From: Promethearchaeota archaeon
Lineage (GTDB): Archaea; Asgardarchaeota; Lokiarchaeia; Sigyniarchaeales; SOKP01
Assembly: GCA_048940645.1 (NCBI GenBank)
Contig: JBHLOI010000023.1
Location: 1 to 51,087, forward strand
Reading direction: 5' to 3'
Length of the DNA stretch: 51,087 nucleotides
The first letter of the stretch is position 1, and every line of letters begins with the position of its first letter. The notes beneath the pieces are model-generated. The model saw only the letters and a list, made by a program, of their open reading frames with translations. It was not told the DNA's origin and made no database searches. This document shows, piece by piece, positions 9,944 to 19,207 of the stretch. Position numbers and translations under genes: made by a program.

Positions 9944-10080
9944 TAAATCACCATCTATTATGAATATTTGAATTTAGATTTAAAATTTTTTTTTGTATAA
10001 ATTATAAATTAAGTTGGCTAATTAACGTTAAAATTAAAATTAAGTTATAAAAAATTAATAGTTTAAAAATTGGTGTTTTT

Positions 10081-10560
10081 TTATAATGTCTTAGCAAATT
10101 CATAAATTATTGAACCAAAGAAATCCCCAATTTTCCCAGTTTTCTGAAAACCATTTTTTTCATAAAAGTTTTGAGCTCTTTTTAGAATTTCAGTTGTGTC
10201 AAGAGTCAAAATTTTACAACCTTCTAATTGAGCATCTCTTTCTACTTGTCTTAACAGAGATATTGCAGGACTATCCTTGCCTTGCTGAATTGGAATTACT
10301 CCCATTCCTCGAATATGTCCTTCATTTTCATTTAATTTCTGCCAACCAATAGTCCCAATTATTTTCCCGTGTTGATCAATGGCTACATATACTTTCATTT
10401 CTTTAATACGATCTTTTGCTCTTTCTTCTGATAAAACAGTGTCTGCAAATCCCTCTGTAGAATAAAAACAAGTATATTCTGCAAAAGCAGCTAATAAAAC
10501 CTCATGAACAGCTTTAGCATCTTTAATCGTTGCTAAACGTATGGTAAAGTCCTTTGGCAT
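10081..10560 (-). CDS. GNAT family N-acetyltransferase
   Basis: IRLAT..DA, GHIRGMGV.P..QG, LDTT....AQNFYEKNGF. Confidence 0.9.
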   Translation of the reverse strand: MPKDFTIRLATIKDAKAVHEVLLAAFAEYTCFYSTEGFADTVLSEERAKDRIKEMKVYVAIDQHGKIIGTIGWQKLNENEGHIRGMGVIPIQQGKDSPAISLLRQVERDAQLEGCKILTLDTTEILKRAQNFYEKNGFQKTGKIGDFFGSIIYEFAKTL

Positions 10561-10747
10561 CAAGAAAACCTTAAAATCTTTTTTTTCTCTAATCTATTTT
10601 CTCTATAACAATAAATTTTATATTTATTTCCATTTACAGTATCATTCTGATATCACCTAAATAACATTCATCTAAATCAAATATAAATAATAATTTATTC
10701 TTTATTATACCAAAAAATTTGCTAGGACAATCTAAAAGTTAGGTAAA

Positions 10748-11815
10748 ATGAGTTTAAATTTTATACCTGCTATTTTTTATATTGATTTAGATGCTATAAA
10801 TGAACCAAAATCTATTTTTTGGTTTCCATCAGAAATTCCAGAGGAATTTAGAAACCTTATTGAATTAAAATGTAATAATATCCTTTCTGGAGATCAAGCA
10901 TTTATCCCCGAAATATTATTAATTTACCCTTTTAAACATTTAAAAATAAAAATCTTAATTAAATATTTTGAAAGAAAGAATACTTCTCAAAAAAATGGTA
11001 TTGCTAAATCAGCTTTAGCTTTCTTGTTTAATGAAAAAGATGACATTATTTTTTATAGGTATATGAGCTATATTGATAAATACTTTAATGAGACAACTCA
11101 AAAAATCATTCAATTTGAAGAAAAAGATTTTGGAAAAGAGAAACTAAATGAAGAAATTACCATACTACGCAATAACTTATGTGAAACAGTTGATTATTTA
11201 CGTTCCAAGAGTAATATCCTAATAGAAGCTAAAGAGGAATATGATATTAAAGAAGAGATTCAAGAAAAAAATCTAAAAAAGTTTAAAGTCATAATTCTTG
11301 GTGATCCAACAGTGGGTAAGACATCAACAGTTCTAAAATTTACAGATAATGTATTTATGAGGGCATATGTGCCTACAATAGGAATGTCTATTACTCAAAA
11401 AAGGTTTAATGTACAAAATCATAATGTTGAGTTAGTTCTATGGGATATTGGGGGACAAAAGAAATTCGAAACAATAAGAAAGCAATTCTATGAAGGTGCA
11501 AGTGTTTTTGTATTAATGTTTGATGTAAGTAATCCAAAATCTTTCGCTAATATTCCTAATTGGTATCAAGATATTAAAAATTACTTTATAAATAATCCCA
11601 AAATTGATGGCTATTTAATCGGAAATAAAATTGATCTCATAAAGAGAAGATATGTAAGTAAAAATGATGCCATCCGAATAGCAAGAGCATTAAATATTGA
11701 ATATTTTGAAATTTCTGCTTTAACAGGAGAGAATCTCGAAAATTATTTCCATAATTTAGCTAATCGCTTATTATTAACAAAATCAGAGCAAATATGCCAA
11801 AGTTCAATATTTTGA
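10748..11815 (+). CDS. Rab-like small GTPase with N-terminal longin/uDENN-like domain
   Basis: G1 GDPTVGKT, G2 PTIG, G3 WDIGGQ, G4 NKID, G5 EISA; ~170-aa N-terminal extension. Confidence 0.9.
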   Translation: MSLNFIPAIFYIDLDAINEPKSIFWFPSEIPEEFRNLIELKCNNILSGDQAFIPEILLIYPFKHLKIKILIKYFERKNTSQKNGIAKSALAFLFNEKDDIIFYRYMSYIDKYFNETTQKIIQFEEKDFGKEKLNEEITILRNNLCETVDYLRSKSNILIEAKEEYDIKEEIQEKNLKKFKVIILGDPTVGKTSTVLKFTDNVFMRAYVPTIGMSITQKRFNVQNHNVELVLWDIGGQKKFETIRKQFYEGASVFVLMFDVSNPKSFANIPNWYQDIKNYFINNPKIDGYLIGNKIDLIKRRYVSKNDAIRIARALNIEYFEISALTGENLENYFHNLANRLLLTKSEQICQSSIF

Positions 11816-11820
11816 AGTTT

Positions 11821-12792
11821 TTAAAGTAGTAATTCACAAATATCTTTTGGTTTTGGATTTATTTTTTCTTTCCTTCCAAAAAACTTGATAAACCATCCAC
11901 AATCAGGACAGTAGTATGTTACAAAATCTCCTCTATAATCATTGACTCTTAATTTTGCAATTTTATCTATAACATCTTCGATTAATTGCATCCCACCACC
12001 ACCACCACAGCAAAAGTAAGGAATATCAATAACCCTATACCCAGATTTTTTTAAAATGTTTTCAATCTCTTTATCTATCCCTGGTTTACAGTCATATACC
12101 AATGGACAGGCATGTTGAATACAAATATCTCCAGATTTCTTATTAGAAGCTGGTTTTAAATAATCAGTAAAATAGTCAATCTTAATACCTATATCGCTAT
12201 AATGTTTTTTAAAGACCATATAGCAACTAGGGCAAACAGTTATTATTCTTTTAAACCCTCTTTCTTTGAAAATCTTTTTATTTCGCTCAACAAGCTTATT
12301 ATAGGTATCTATTATTCCAGTGACTAAAATGGGATAACCACAACATATTTCTTTGTCTAAAATGGTATATTCAACATTATACTTTAATAAGTAATTCGCA
12401 ACATTCTCCCCATATCTAGGATTTTTAACACTTGTAAAGCACCCGAAATAAAGAAGTGTATCACTTTTGTTAGGGATTTCATTAGAGAGTTTAATTCGGT
12501 TTTTACTATCCTTATATGGAGTTCCATATGTTTCATATATCTTTTTTACTTCTTCTAAACCTTCAATTTTATTTCCATCTTTTAAAAATTTCTGTTTTAA
12601 TAGAATTCTTTCATCAGAGGTGCCACATTCTCTGCAATGAATACAATTATAAAGTTTGTGAAAATCTTCTTGTTTAAATTTATAATTATGTTTAGTCTCA
12701 AGAAGATTTAATACTTCTTCATTAGTTAAGAAATTATGTGGATTTACTTCTTGAGTGGGGTATTTTCTTTTTAAAGTCATTTTTTTAATCAT
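11821..12792 (-). CDS. CCG-domain (HdrB/HdrD/GlpC-like) Fe-S protein
   Basis: Two CCG motifs (GC..CCG..CPSC; HAC..CCGG..CPDC) plus N-terminal CIHCREC. Confidence 0.85.
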   Translation of the reverse strand: MIKKMTLKRKYPTQEVNPHNFLTNEEVLNLLETKHNYKFKQEDFHKLYNCIHCRECGTSDERILLKQKFLKDGNKIEGLEEVKKIYETYGTPYKDSKNRIKLSNEIPNKSDTLLYFGCFTSVKNPRYGENVANYLLKYNVEYTILDKEICCGYPILVTGIIDTYNKLVERNKKIFKERGFKRIITVCPSCYMVFKKHYSDIGIKIDYFTDYLKPASNKKSGDICIQHACPLVYDCKPGIDKEIENILKKSGYRVIDIPYFCCGGGGGMQLIEDVIDKIAKLRVNDYRGDFVTYYCPDCGWFIKFFGRKEKINPKPKDICELLL

Positions 12793-12815
12793 TGAATTGT
12801 TTAAGTAAATTCTAA

Positions 12816-13799
12816 TTATAGGATTAATTCAAAAAAATCTATAGCTTTTGGCTTTATTTTACATAATTTACTAAACCGTTTTAATATCCACCAGCAACTA
12901 ACGCAATAAGTTGTTATATAATCAATATCTTCTCTATCAAAATCAATCATTCTTTTATTTGCAATAGCTTCGATTATATCTGTTCGATGCATATACCCTA
13001 AACCCCCTCCACAACACCAATGAGGGACATCAATTACTTTGTAGCCAGATTTCTTTAAAATTTTATTTACAAATTTATCTACACCATTTCTTCCCCTATT
13101 CATAAGTTGGCATAAATGTTGTATCCCAACTGAACCCTGCTTTTGGTTTTTGGATGGCTTAAGGTAATCAACTATATAGTCAAATCTAACATCTTTATCC
13201 ATTGCTGGCTTATAAAATTTATTGAATAAAAAGTAGCATGCTGGACACAAGCAAATGATCTTATCAAATTTATTGAAGATTTCAATATTTTCATTTTTGC
13301 AAATTTCAAATTCACGCATTGAACCACTAGCAAACCATGGCCAACCACAACATATTTCTTTATCCAAAATAGTAAAATCTATCTTTTGTTTCACAAGATA
13401 TTGAAGAGCATGTTCGGTATACCGTGGTATTCTAATGGTAGAAAGGCATCCCATGAAAAATAGCGTAGTAGAATTTTTAATTATCCCTTTTGGCTTTTTA
13501 ATCCTCATTTTATTTGAGGGATAAGGTGTCCGATATTTTTCAAAACATTCAATCATCTGATCAAGACCCTCAACGATATTCCCATCTTTTAGAAATTTTT
13601 GTTTCAAGGTAATACGTTCTTCTTCTGATTCACATTCTCCACAATGTACACAATTATAAACTTTATAATAATCCTCCTGATTAAATTTGATATTTTCAAT
13701 ATTTTCTACCATATTTCTTACTTCTTCATCCTCTATAAAATTATTTGGGTCAATCTCTTTTGTAGGAAAATTTTCCCTGCCTTTAATTCGTTCATTCAT
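12816..13799 (-). CDS. CCG-domain (HdrB/HdrD/GlpC-like) Fe-S protein, paralog of the downstream gene
   Basis: GC..CCG..CPAC; HLC..CCGG..CVSC; N-terminal CVHCGEC. Confidence 0.85.
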   Translation of the reverse strand: MNERIKGRENFPTKEIDPNNFIEDEEVRNMVENIENIKFNQEDYYKVYNCVHCGECESEEERITLKQKFLKDGNIVEGLDQMIECFEKYRTPYPSNKMRIKKPKGIIKNSTTLFFMGCLSTIRIPRYTEHALQYLVKQKIDFTILDKEICCGWPWFASGSMREFEICKNENIEIFNKFDKIICLCPACYFLFNKFYKPAMDKDVRFDYIVDYLKPSKNQKQGSVGIQHLCQLMNRGRNGVDKFVNKILKKSGYKVIDVPHWCCGGGLGYMHRTDIIEAIANKRMIDFDREDIDYITTYCVSCWWILKRFSKLCKIKPKAIDFFELIL

Positions 13800-13942
13800 A
13801 ACAAAAACTCTTCGATAATCTATAAAGACATCATTTAATGATTTATATTAAAATATAAATTTTTGAATTTTAAAGTAATTATTTATAATTGTTTAGAAGT
13901 TATTTATTAAAAACCTAGAATTTTTTAATTAAGTTTGGAATT

Positions 13943-15049
13943 ATGATTGGAGATTTACTAATTATAAATGATACTGGAGCTTTGTTATATCACTGGCATC
14001 CTGATTCAAATAAAAAAGAAGATAAAGCAGATTTATTGAGTGGATTTTTAACTGCAATGGATAACTTTGCTACTGTAGAAAGAGGAGAAGATATTAAATC
14101 ACTCAAGTTAAGAGAAACAACGATTATTTTTGAAAAATCTGATGAGAATTTACAGAAACTTACATTTGTAATTACTACCAAAAATGACTTATTAATTGAA
14201 ATTTTACATTTGTTTATTCATGATATTAAAGATCAATTTATTAAACTATTCAGTAAAGAGTTAAATAGAGTTTTCAATGGAGAGGTTACAAAATTTCAAG
14301 AGTTTAATAGATATATACCCTATATTTTGGTTTCGCATGGATTAGACATCTTAAATGATGCTGTTAAAAGAATTGACGAAGACGATGTAATGAAGTCGAT
14401 TGTGCTAATTGAACCAAAAAGCGGTTCAATATTCTATATTCATGCTAAACAATATGTAAATAAAGAGAAATTAGGTTTCTTAATTCCATTAATACTAAAC
14501 TCTTCTCGTTTATTATATCAGAATAATCTTAATGAAAAATTAAGCTGGATTCTTATTAATACAGTCCAAAATGAAAATTTACTAGTAGAACCCAGAGCTA
14601 AAATAATAATCGTTAAACAATTCCAATTAATGAATATAATTGAAGAAGAATTTATCTCTTTAGAATTTTTTAAAGATAAGGAGAAATATATTAAAAAGCC
14701 AAAAAGGCTGAGTGAAAAATTTACAACCCTCAAATGGGATTCAAATATTAAACAAGTCTTTTTAATTGATTTGGTAGGTAAAGTTTTCTTTTCTAAAGTA
14801 TTTGATCCCACTTATGATTGCTCAGAATACATTCCAGAAACAATTAGTTTCCTAACATCATCAAAAAAAATAAGTAAAGAGATTTATAATAGGATTTTAT
14901 TCAATGCAGCTATAGGAGGGGAAAAAATTACTACAATATGTATTAACTTTAATAATTTTGCTTTAACTCTTATTGGAAATGTTAGTGATTTTAGCGAGTT
15001 TACCTCTATCCAAAATTTGTGTATCAATATATATAAACAGTTAATATAA
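13943..15049 (+). CDS. longin-domain protein with two further roadblock/longin-like domains
   Basis: N-terminus LLIINDTGALLY...LLSGFLTAMDNFA...IKSLKL...F..LF...FNGEVTKF is a typical longin pattern. Two further blocks start IVLIEPKSGSIFY and VFLIDLVGKVFF. Confidence 0.65.
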   Translation: MIGDLLIINDTGALLYHWHPDSNKKEDKADLLSGFLTAMDNFATVERGEDIKSLKLRETTIIFEKSDENLQKLTFVITTKNDLLIEILHLFIHDIKDQFIKLFSKELNRVFNGEVTKFQEFNRYIPYILVSHGLDILNDAVKRIDEDDVMKSIVLIEPKSGSIFYIHAKQYVNKEKLGFLIPLILNSSRLLYQNNLNEKLSWILINTVQNENLLVEPRAKIIIVKQFQLMNIIEEEFISLEFFKDKEKYIKKPKRLSEKFTTLKWDSNIKQVFLIDLVGKVFFSKVFDPTYDCSEYIPETISFLTSSKKISKEIYNRILFNAAIGGEKITTICINFNNFALTLIGNVSDFSEFTSIQNLCINIYKQLI

Positions 15050-15142
15050 ATTATAACTAAAAGGTTTATATTACGGAAAACAATTCTTTTTATTTAAAAA
15101 ATCTTTTGGAAATCACTAAATTTAAGAAGGTGAAATTATAAT

Positions 15143-16201
15143 ATGGCGATGGAATTATGGACTGAATTGATGATTTTACAATCAATTATTGGATATTCTT
15201 TTGCTGTTGCTAATGATTTTATTGGATTATACAATATCAGAGATTTGAACCTTATGAAAGGGGATCTTGCTATTGTAAAATACCATAAAAGATTTGGATG
15301 GATAGAAATATCAATTTTTTATATTATGTTTGCCCAGTGTATGTATATGCTTTATCAACATATTGTAATGTCTGATCCGCTCTTATTAAGACCTTCTGGC
15401 GTTTGGTCGCATACTTGGATTGGAGGCTTAATTGCGACAATTCTAGTTAGCTTTAAGTTTATAATTGCGAGATTCAAAAAGGATCAAATATACCGATATG
15501 GAAAATATATTGGTCCTATCGGATTTGTGGGCTGGAGCTTATCACATTGGACCAGTTTGTATAATTTTTATTTTGTTGTATTACCTTATTGGAATTCATT
15601 AGGGATTACTGCGGTTATTGTGCCTGACTCCTTTATCTGGGCAGCAATTATCCCCTTTATCATAGGATCTGGATTATTTATTTTAGCTCTTTATAAAAGG
15701 GGATCAAAAATAAGAGAAAAAGCAAGATTTGCATTTAATCAGATTGCCTTTTTGTTGCACGGAGTAACCTTTGGTTACGAGAAATCAGCTAAGGAACTAC
15801 TTGGTACTCCCACACTCTTTAAATATGTAATCCCTAGAACTTACGAATTTATTGAAAAGATGATGACTATGTCTGGATTTAATATGAATAAGCTTCAAAA
15901 GATGAGTCTTTCTGATGCCTTGAAGGAATTTATGAAACTTGCAGAAAAAATAGGCATGGCTGAAAAAGTAAAGATAGAATGGGAATCTGACAAATCATTT
16001 ACGATTGAATCTAAAAATTGTTCAACTGCTCAAGTGAGAAGTGTAATGACAAAAGAGGAATTAACTAATGCTGTGTGTCCATGGGCATTTTTTGCAGCTG
16101 CTATTGCTAATAAGATTACAGGTAAAGAATTAAGAATGGAGCCGTCAGAATTCAACGAAATTGGAGCTATAACAAAATTAACATTAATAGATACATCCTA
16201 A
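15143..16201 (+). CDS. membrane protein with His-bearing TM domain and C-terminal V4R-like domain
   Basis: About 5 TM segments containing YHKRFG, SHTWIG and SHW; C-terminal FTIESKNC...VCPWAFFAAAI. AGGTGA SD upstream. Confidence 0.6.
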   Translation: MAMELWTELMILQSIIGYSFAVANDFIGLYNIRDLNLMKGDLAIVKYHKRFGWIEISIFYIMFAQCMYMLYQHIVMSDPLLLRPSGVWSHTWIGGLIATILVSFKFIIARFKKDQIYRYGKYIGPIGFVGWSLSHWTSLYNFYFVVLPYWNSLGITAVIVPDSFIWAAIIPFIIGSGLFILALYKRGSKIREKARFAFNQIAFLLHGVTFGYEKSAKELLGTPTLFKYVIPRTYEFIEKMMTMSGFNMNKLQKMSLSDALKEFMKLAEKIGMAEKVKIEWESDKSFTIESKNCSTAQVRSVMTKEELTNAVCPWAFFAAAIANKITGKELRMEPSEFNEIGAITKLTLIDTS

Positions 16202-16246
16202 ATTCCAAAAAAATTAGAAAAGAAATATAAAAAAAGTTATTTTAAT

Positions 16247-16405
16247 TTAATCTTCTTTTTTTAATTTTACATTCGTTCTTTGAATACCTATTTCTTTATT
16301 ACTCGGTAGAGCAGTTCCACAGTGGTCCTTTTTTGCTTCATTAGCCTTAAAAGCCCTATCTAATTCTTCTTCTAATTCATCATCAGTAATTTCTTCATCT
16401 GGCAT
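16247..16405 (-). CDS. small hypothetical protein (52 aa; missing from ORF track)
   Basis: MPDEEITDDELEEELDRAFKANEAKKDHCGTALPSNKEIGIQRTNVKLKKED*; purine-rich coding-like composition; TATA-like CTTAAATA about 25 nt upstream. Confidence 0.65.
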   Translation of the reverse strand: MPDEEITDDELEEELDRAFKANEAKKDHCGTALPSNKEIGIQRTNVKLKKED

Positions 16406-16494
16406 AATATAAAAAGAGAAAAAATAATATTTAAGAGTTTTATTTATAAAAAATTGGTTTCTAATTATTCAATTCTTAAAAACAATAAAAATTA

Positions 16495-16875
16495 CTATTT
16501 ATTAAAAGATTCTAGTACCGCTTTTTCCTTTTCAATCGGTCTTCTTTCTGGGACATTAACATATTCATTTCCTATAGTTTCGTAGAAATCTTTACGCATA
16601 TACAGATTGCAATAACAAGCTCCATACTCCTTTATATCCAAAGGAGCATAATCACAGGGGCAAATTAAATCTCTATCTAAATCTCTTACACCAGAAGCAA
16701 GACGACATGGGCAAGATTGATATGTATGTTTCTTTTTATTTTCTACTAAGCCATCAATCAATTCATTTAATGTATCTTGGTGACTATTTAAAATCCAGTT
16801 ATTCTTTTTACTAACCTTTTTAATATATTCAAGCATACCATCATATGTTTCCATATTCACTTTAATTATCACCAT
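16495..16875 (-). CDS. ferredoxin-thioredoxin reductase catalytic (beta) subunit
   Basis: CPCR...CPCDY...CYCNLY six-Cys signature. Confidence 0.92.
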   Translation of the reverse strand: MVIIKVNMETYDGMLEYIKKVSKKNNWILNSHQDTLNELIDGLVENKKKHTYQSCPCRLASGVRDLDRDLICPCDYAPLDIKEYGACYCNLYMRKDFYETIGNEYVNVPERRPIEKEKAVLESFNK

Positions 16876-17179
16876 CCCTCATTAATTCTTCATATCTATT
16901 TGGATCATATCCTACGACGAATTTGTCATCGCATATTAAGAAAGGATATGAGATTCTATCTGGTTTGTAATTTTCTCTTAAATATTGTAAAATTTTTAAT
17001 TTCTGATCTGGTGTAATTTGATCAACATCTATATATTTATACTTGATTTGCTTTTCATTAAGATATCTTTTGCACTTTTTGCACCACATGCAAGTCGACA
17101 ATGTGAAAATGGAAACATCTTGTTTATCATTCTTTCCATTTACTTCTTGAAAAAGTTCTGAAATAAAGTCTGGAAACAT
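16862..17179 (-). CDS. glutaredoxin family protein
   Basis: TLSTCMWC, ISYP cis-Pro, VVGY; ATG at 17179; adjacent to FTR gene. Confidence 0.88.
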   Translation of the reverse strand: MFPDFISELFQEVNGKNDKQDVSIFTLSTCMWCKKCKRYLNEKQIKYKYIDVDQITPDQKLKILQYLRENYKPDRISYPFLICDDKFVVGYDPNRYEELMRDGDN

Positions 17180-17234
17180 AATATTCACTTTTGTTTATGA
17201 TTTAATTTTTCAATTTCAACGTTTAGTTTTTTAT

Positions 17235-17684
17235 TTATTTAATTTGTTTTAAATTTTCCTTAAAACTAGGATCTATACACTCAAAAGCTTGCTCAGTTAG
17301 TTTTCTAATATCTGCATCACATGACTCTAAGAGTATACCTAAATGTTCTAAAGCTCTTTTATCTCCTATTTTCATTAATGACTCTATTATTAAGAATAAA
17401 CGAGTTTTATCTTGCTCATCTTCAGATTTTTCTAATTCTTTTTTTAAGAAGTTAACTATTGGAATTGTTGCTTTAGGATCTTTTATTTCCCCCATTGCTT
17501 CAATAATTCTGTTAATTACAATTGAATCTCTTTCTGAATTTAATGCTTTGATGAGTAAGTTTATAGCGCGACCCTCTTTAAGATTTCCAAGTGTTCTAGC
17601 GGCGGTAACTCTTTCCATTACTCCTCCATGGAAGAGCTTTTTCATAGCAAGGTTGAATTCATTTATTTGTGTATTAGAATCCAT
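17235..17684 (-). CDS. HEAT-repeat (PBS lyase-like) protein
   Basis: Repeats ERVTAARTLGNL, IIEAMGEIKDPKA, IIESLMKIGDKRAL. Confidence 0.85.
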   Translation of the reverse strand: MDSNTQINEFNLAMKKLFHGGVMERVTAARTLGNLKEGRAINLLIKALNSERDSIVINRIIEAMGEIKDPKATIPIVNFLKKELEKSEDEQDKTRLFLIIESLMKIGDKRALEHLGILLESCDADIRKLTEQAFECIDPSFKENLKQIK

Positions 17685-17820
17685 ATGATTTTAAGATATT
17701 TAGACCATTAAAATTTGATTTTTATAAATTATTAAAATTTAGTTCAATACAAAATGATTTAATAGTTTTCTATGATATCAAAATAATAACTTGTTTAGTA
17801 TTTTTTCTATCTAATTCGAG

Positions 17821-19074
17821 TTGAATCTAACTATTAGAAATAAAAAGATTATTATAGGATTAATTATAATTGCTTGTGTAATTTCTGCTGGAATCACAGT
17901 TATTCTCATTATAACCGTCCTTCCACCCACACAAGAATCTTTTGAGTCTAAAATTCAAAAGCTTATGGCAGAATATGAAATTCCATCATTAGCAGCAGGG
18001 ATCATCATTAATGATAGTATAGTTTGGGCAAGAGGATTTGGTGAACAACCTGACTTAGATACCGTATATATGATTGGTTCCATCACTAAAACATTTACAG
18101 CAACCGCAATCCTTCAACTAAATGAAAGTAATTTGCTTAATTTAGACGGTGATATCAACAACTATCTCCCATTTGAGGTAAGACATCCTAATTACCCAAA
18201 TATTCCTATTACAACTCGTATGCTTCTTACTCATAATGCAGGTTTACAAACCAACCTTTTTTGGTCTCTCGAGTATTACTTTGATAATCAAACAATTGAT
18301 TGGATTAATGAGAATCTGGATTTGGGAGGGGAAATCATTAAATGGGATGATAGACCTTCTTTAGAAGAGTTTCTAAACGGCAGTTTAAACCCTAATGGTC
18401 TATATTATGATCACTATAATTGGCATTGGCGACCCGGATCGGAATTCCATTATTCTAATGCGGGTTTTCAATTACTTGGGTATTTAATTGAAAAAGTTAC
18501 AAATCAAACTTGGATAGAATATATTCAAGAAAATATTTTTAATCCATTAAATATGACGAGTAGTGGATTTGAATACGCAGATTTTGCTGAAAAAAATGCC
18601 ATTCCTTATGAGTGGAAGGATAATGGGAATTTTGAATATCCTCTCTACAATATTAACGTAACGGGAGCAGGTTGTTTAAGAAGTACAATACCAGATATGG
18701 CAAAATATTTGATTTCTTATATGAATCAAGGTGAATATAATGGAACTCAATTAATAAATCCTGAAAGTGTTGAATTAATACACTCTAATCATGTATCACT
18801 TACTGGAACTTCAGTTGAAGGTTTTAATTGGGAAGGCTATGGATTAGGATGGTTCCTTTACTCAGAAAATTTTAAAGGGCATGGTGGGGCAACTCCAGGC
18901 TTCAGTTCTAATATGTATTTCAAAAAAGATAACGAAGGTACTTTTGGCGTAATTTTAATGTTTAATCGTGGTTCCGCTCTTATATATGACGAAAAGTTAA
19001 TCAACAGCTTTATACCATCAATTAACCAATTAATATTGGAAAGAGCTGAATTCCTATTTCAGCAAGCCCATTGA
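17821..19074 (+). CDS. membrane-anchored serine hydrolase, beta-lactamase class C family
   Basis: N-terminal TM; SITK, LLTH, YSN, HGG motifs. Confidence 0.9.
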   Translation: MNLTIRNKKIIIGLIIIACVISAGITVILIITVLPPTQESFESKIQKLMAEYEIPSLAAGIIINDSIVWARGFGEQPDLDTVYMIGSITKTFTATAILQLNESNLLNLDGDINNYLPFEVRHPNYPNIPITTRMLLTHNAGLQTNLFWSLEYYFDNQTIDWINENLDLGGEIIKWDDRPSLEEFLNGSLNPNGLYYDHYNWHWRPGSEFHYSNAGFQLLGYLIEKVTNQTWIEYIQENIFNPLNMTSSGFEYADFAEKNAIPYEWKDNGNFEYPLYNINVTGAGCLRSTIPDMAKYLISYMNQGEYNGTQLINPESVELIHSNHVSLTGTSVEGFNWEGYGLGWFLYSENFKGHGGATPGFSSNMYFKKDNEGTFGVILMFNRGSALIYDEKLINSFIPSINQLILERAEFLFQQAH

Positions 19075-19207
19075 GAATGATTAAGAATCATTATTATTTG
19101 AGTTTGTTTTATAAAATTTTAGATTTTTTTTAACTAAAATCGTTTGATATAAAATTGACCATGTCTTTTATATAATTTAGACTGATGCACTATCATTTTA
19201 TAGAAAA

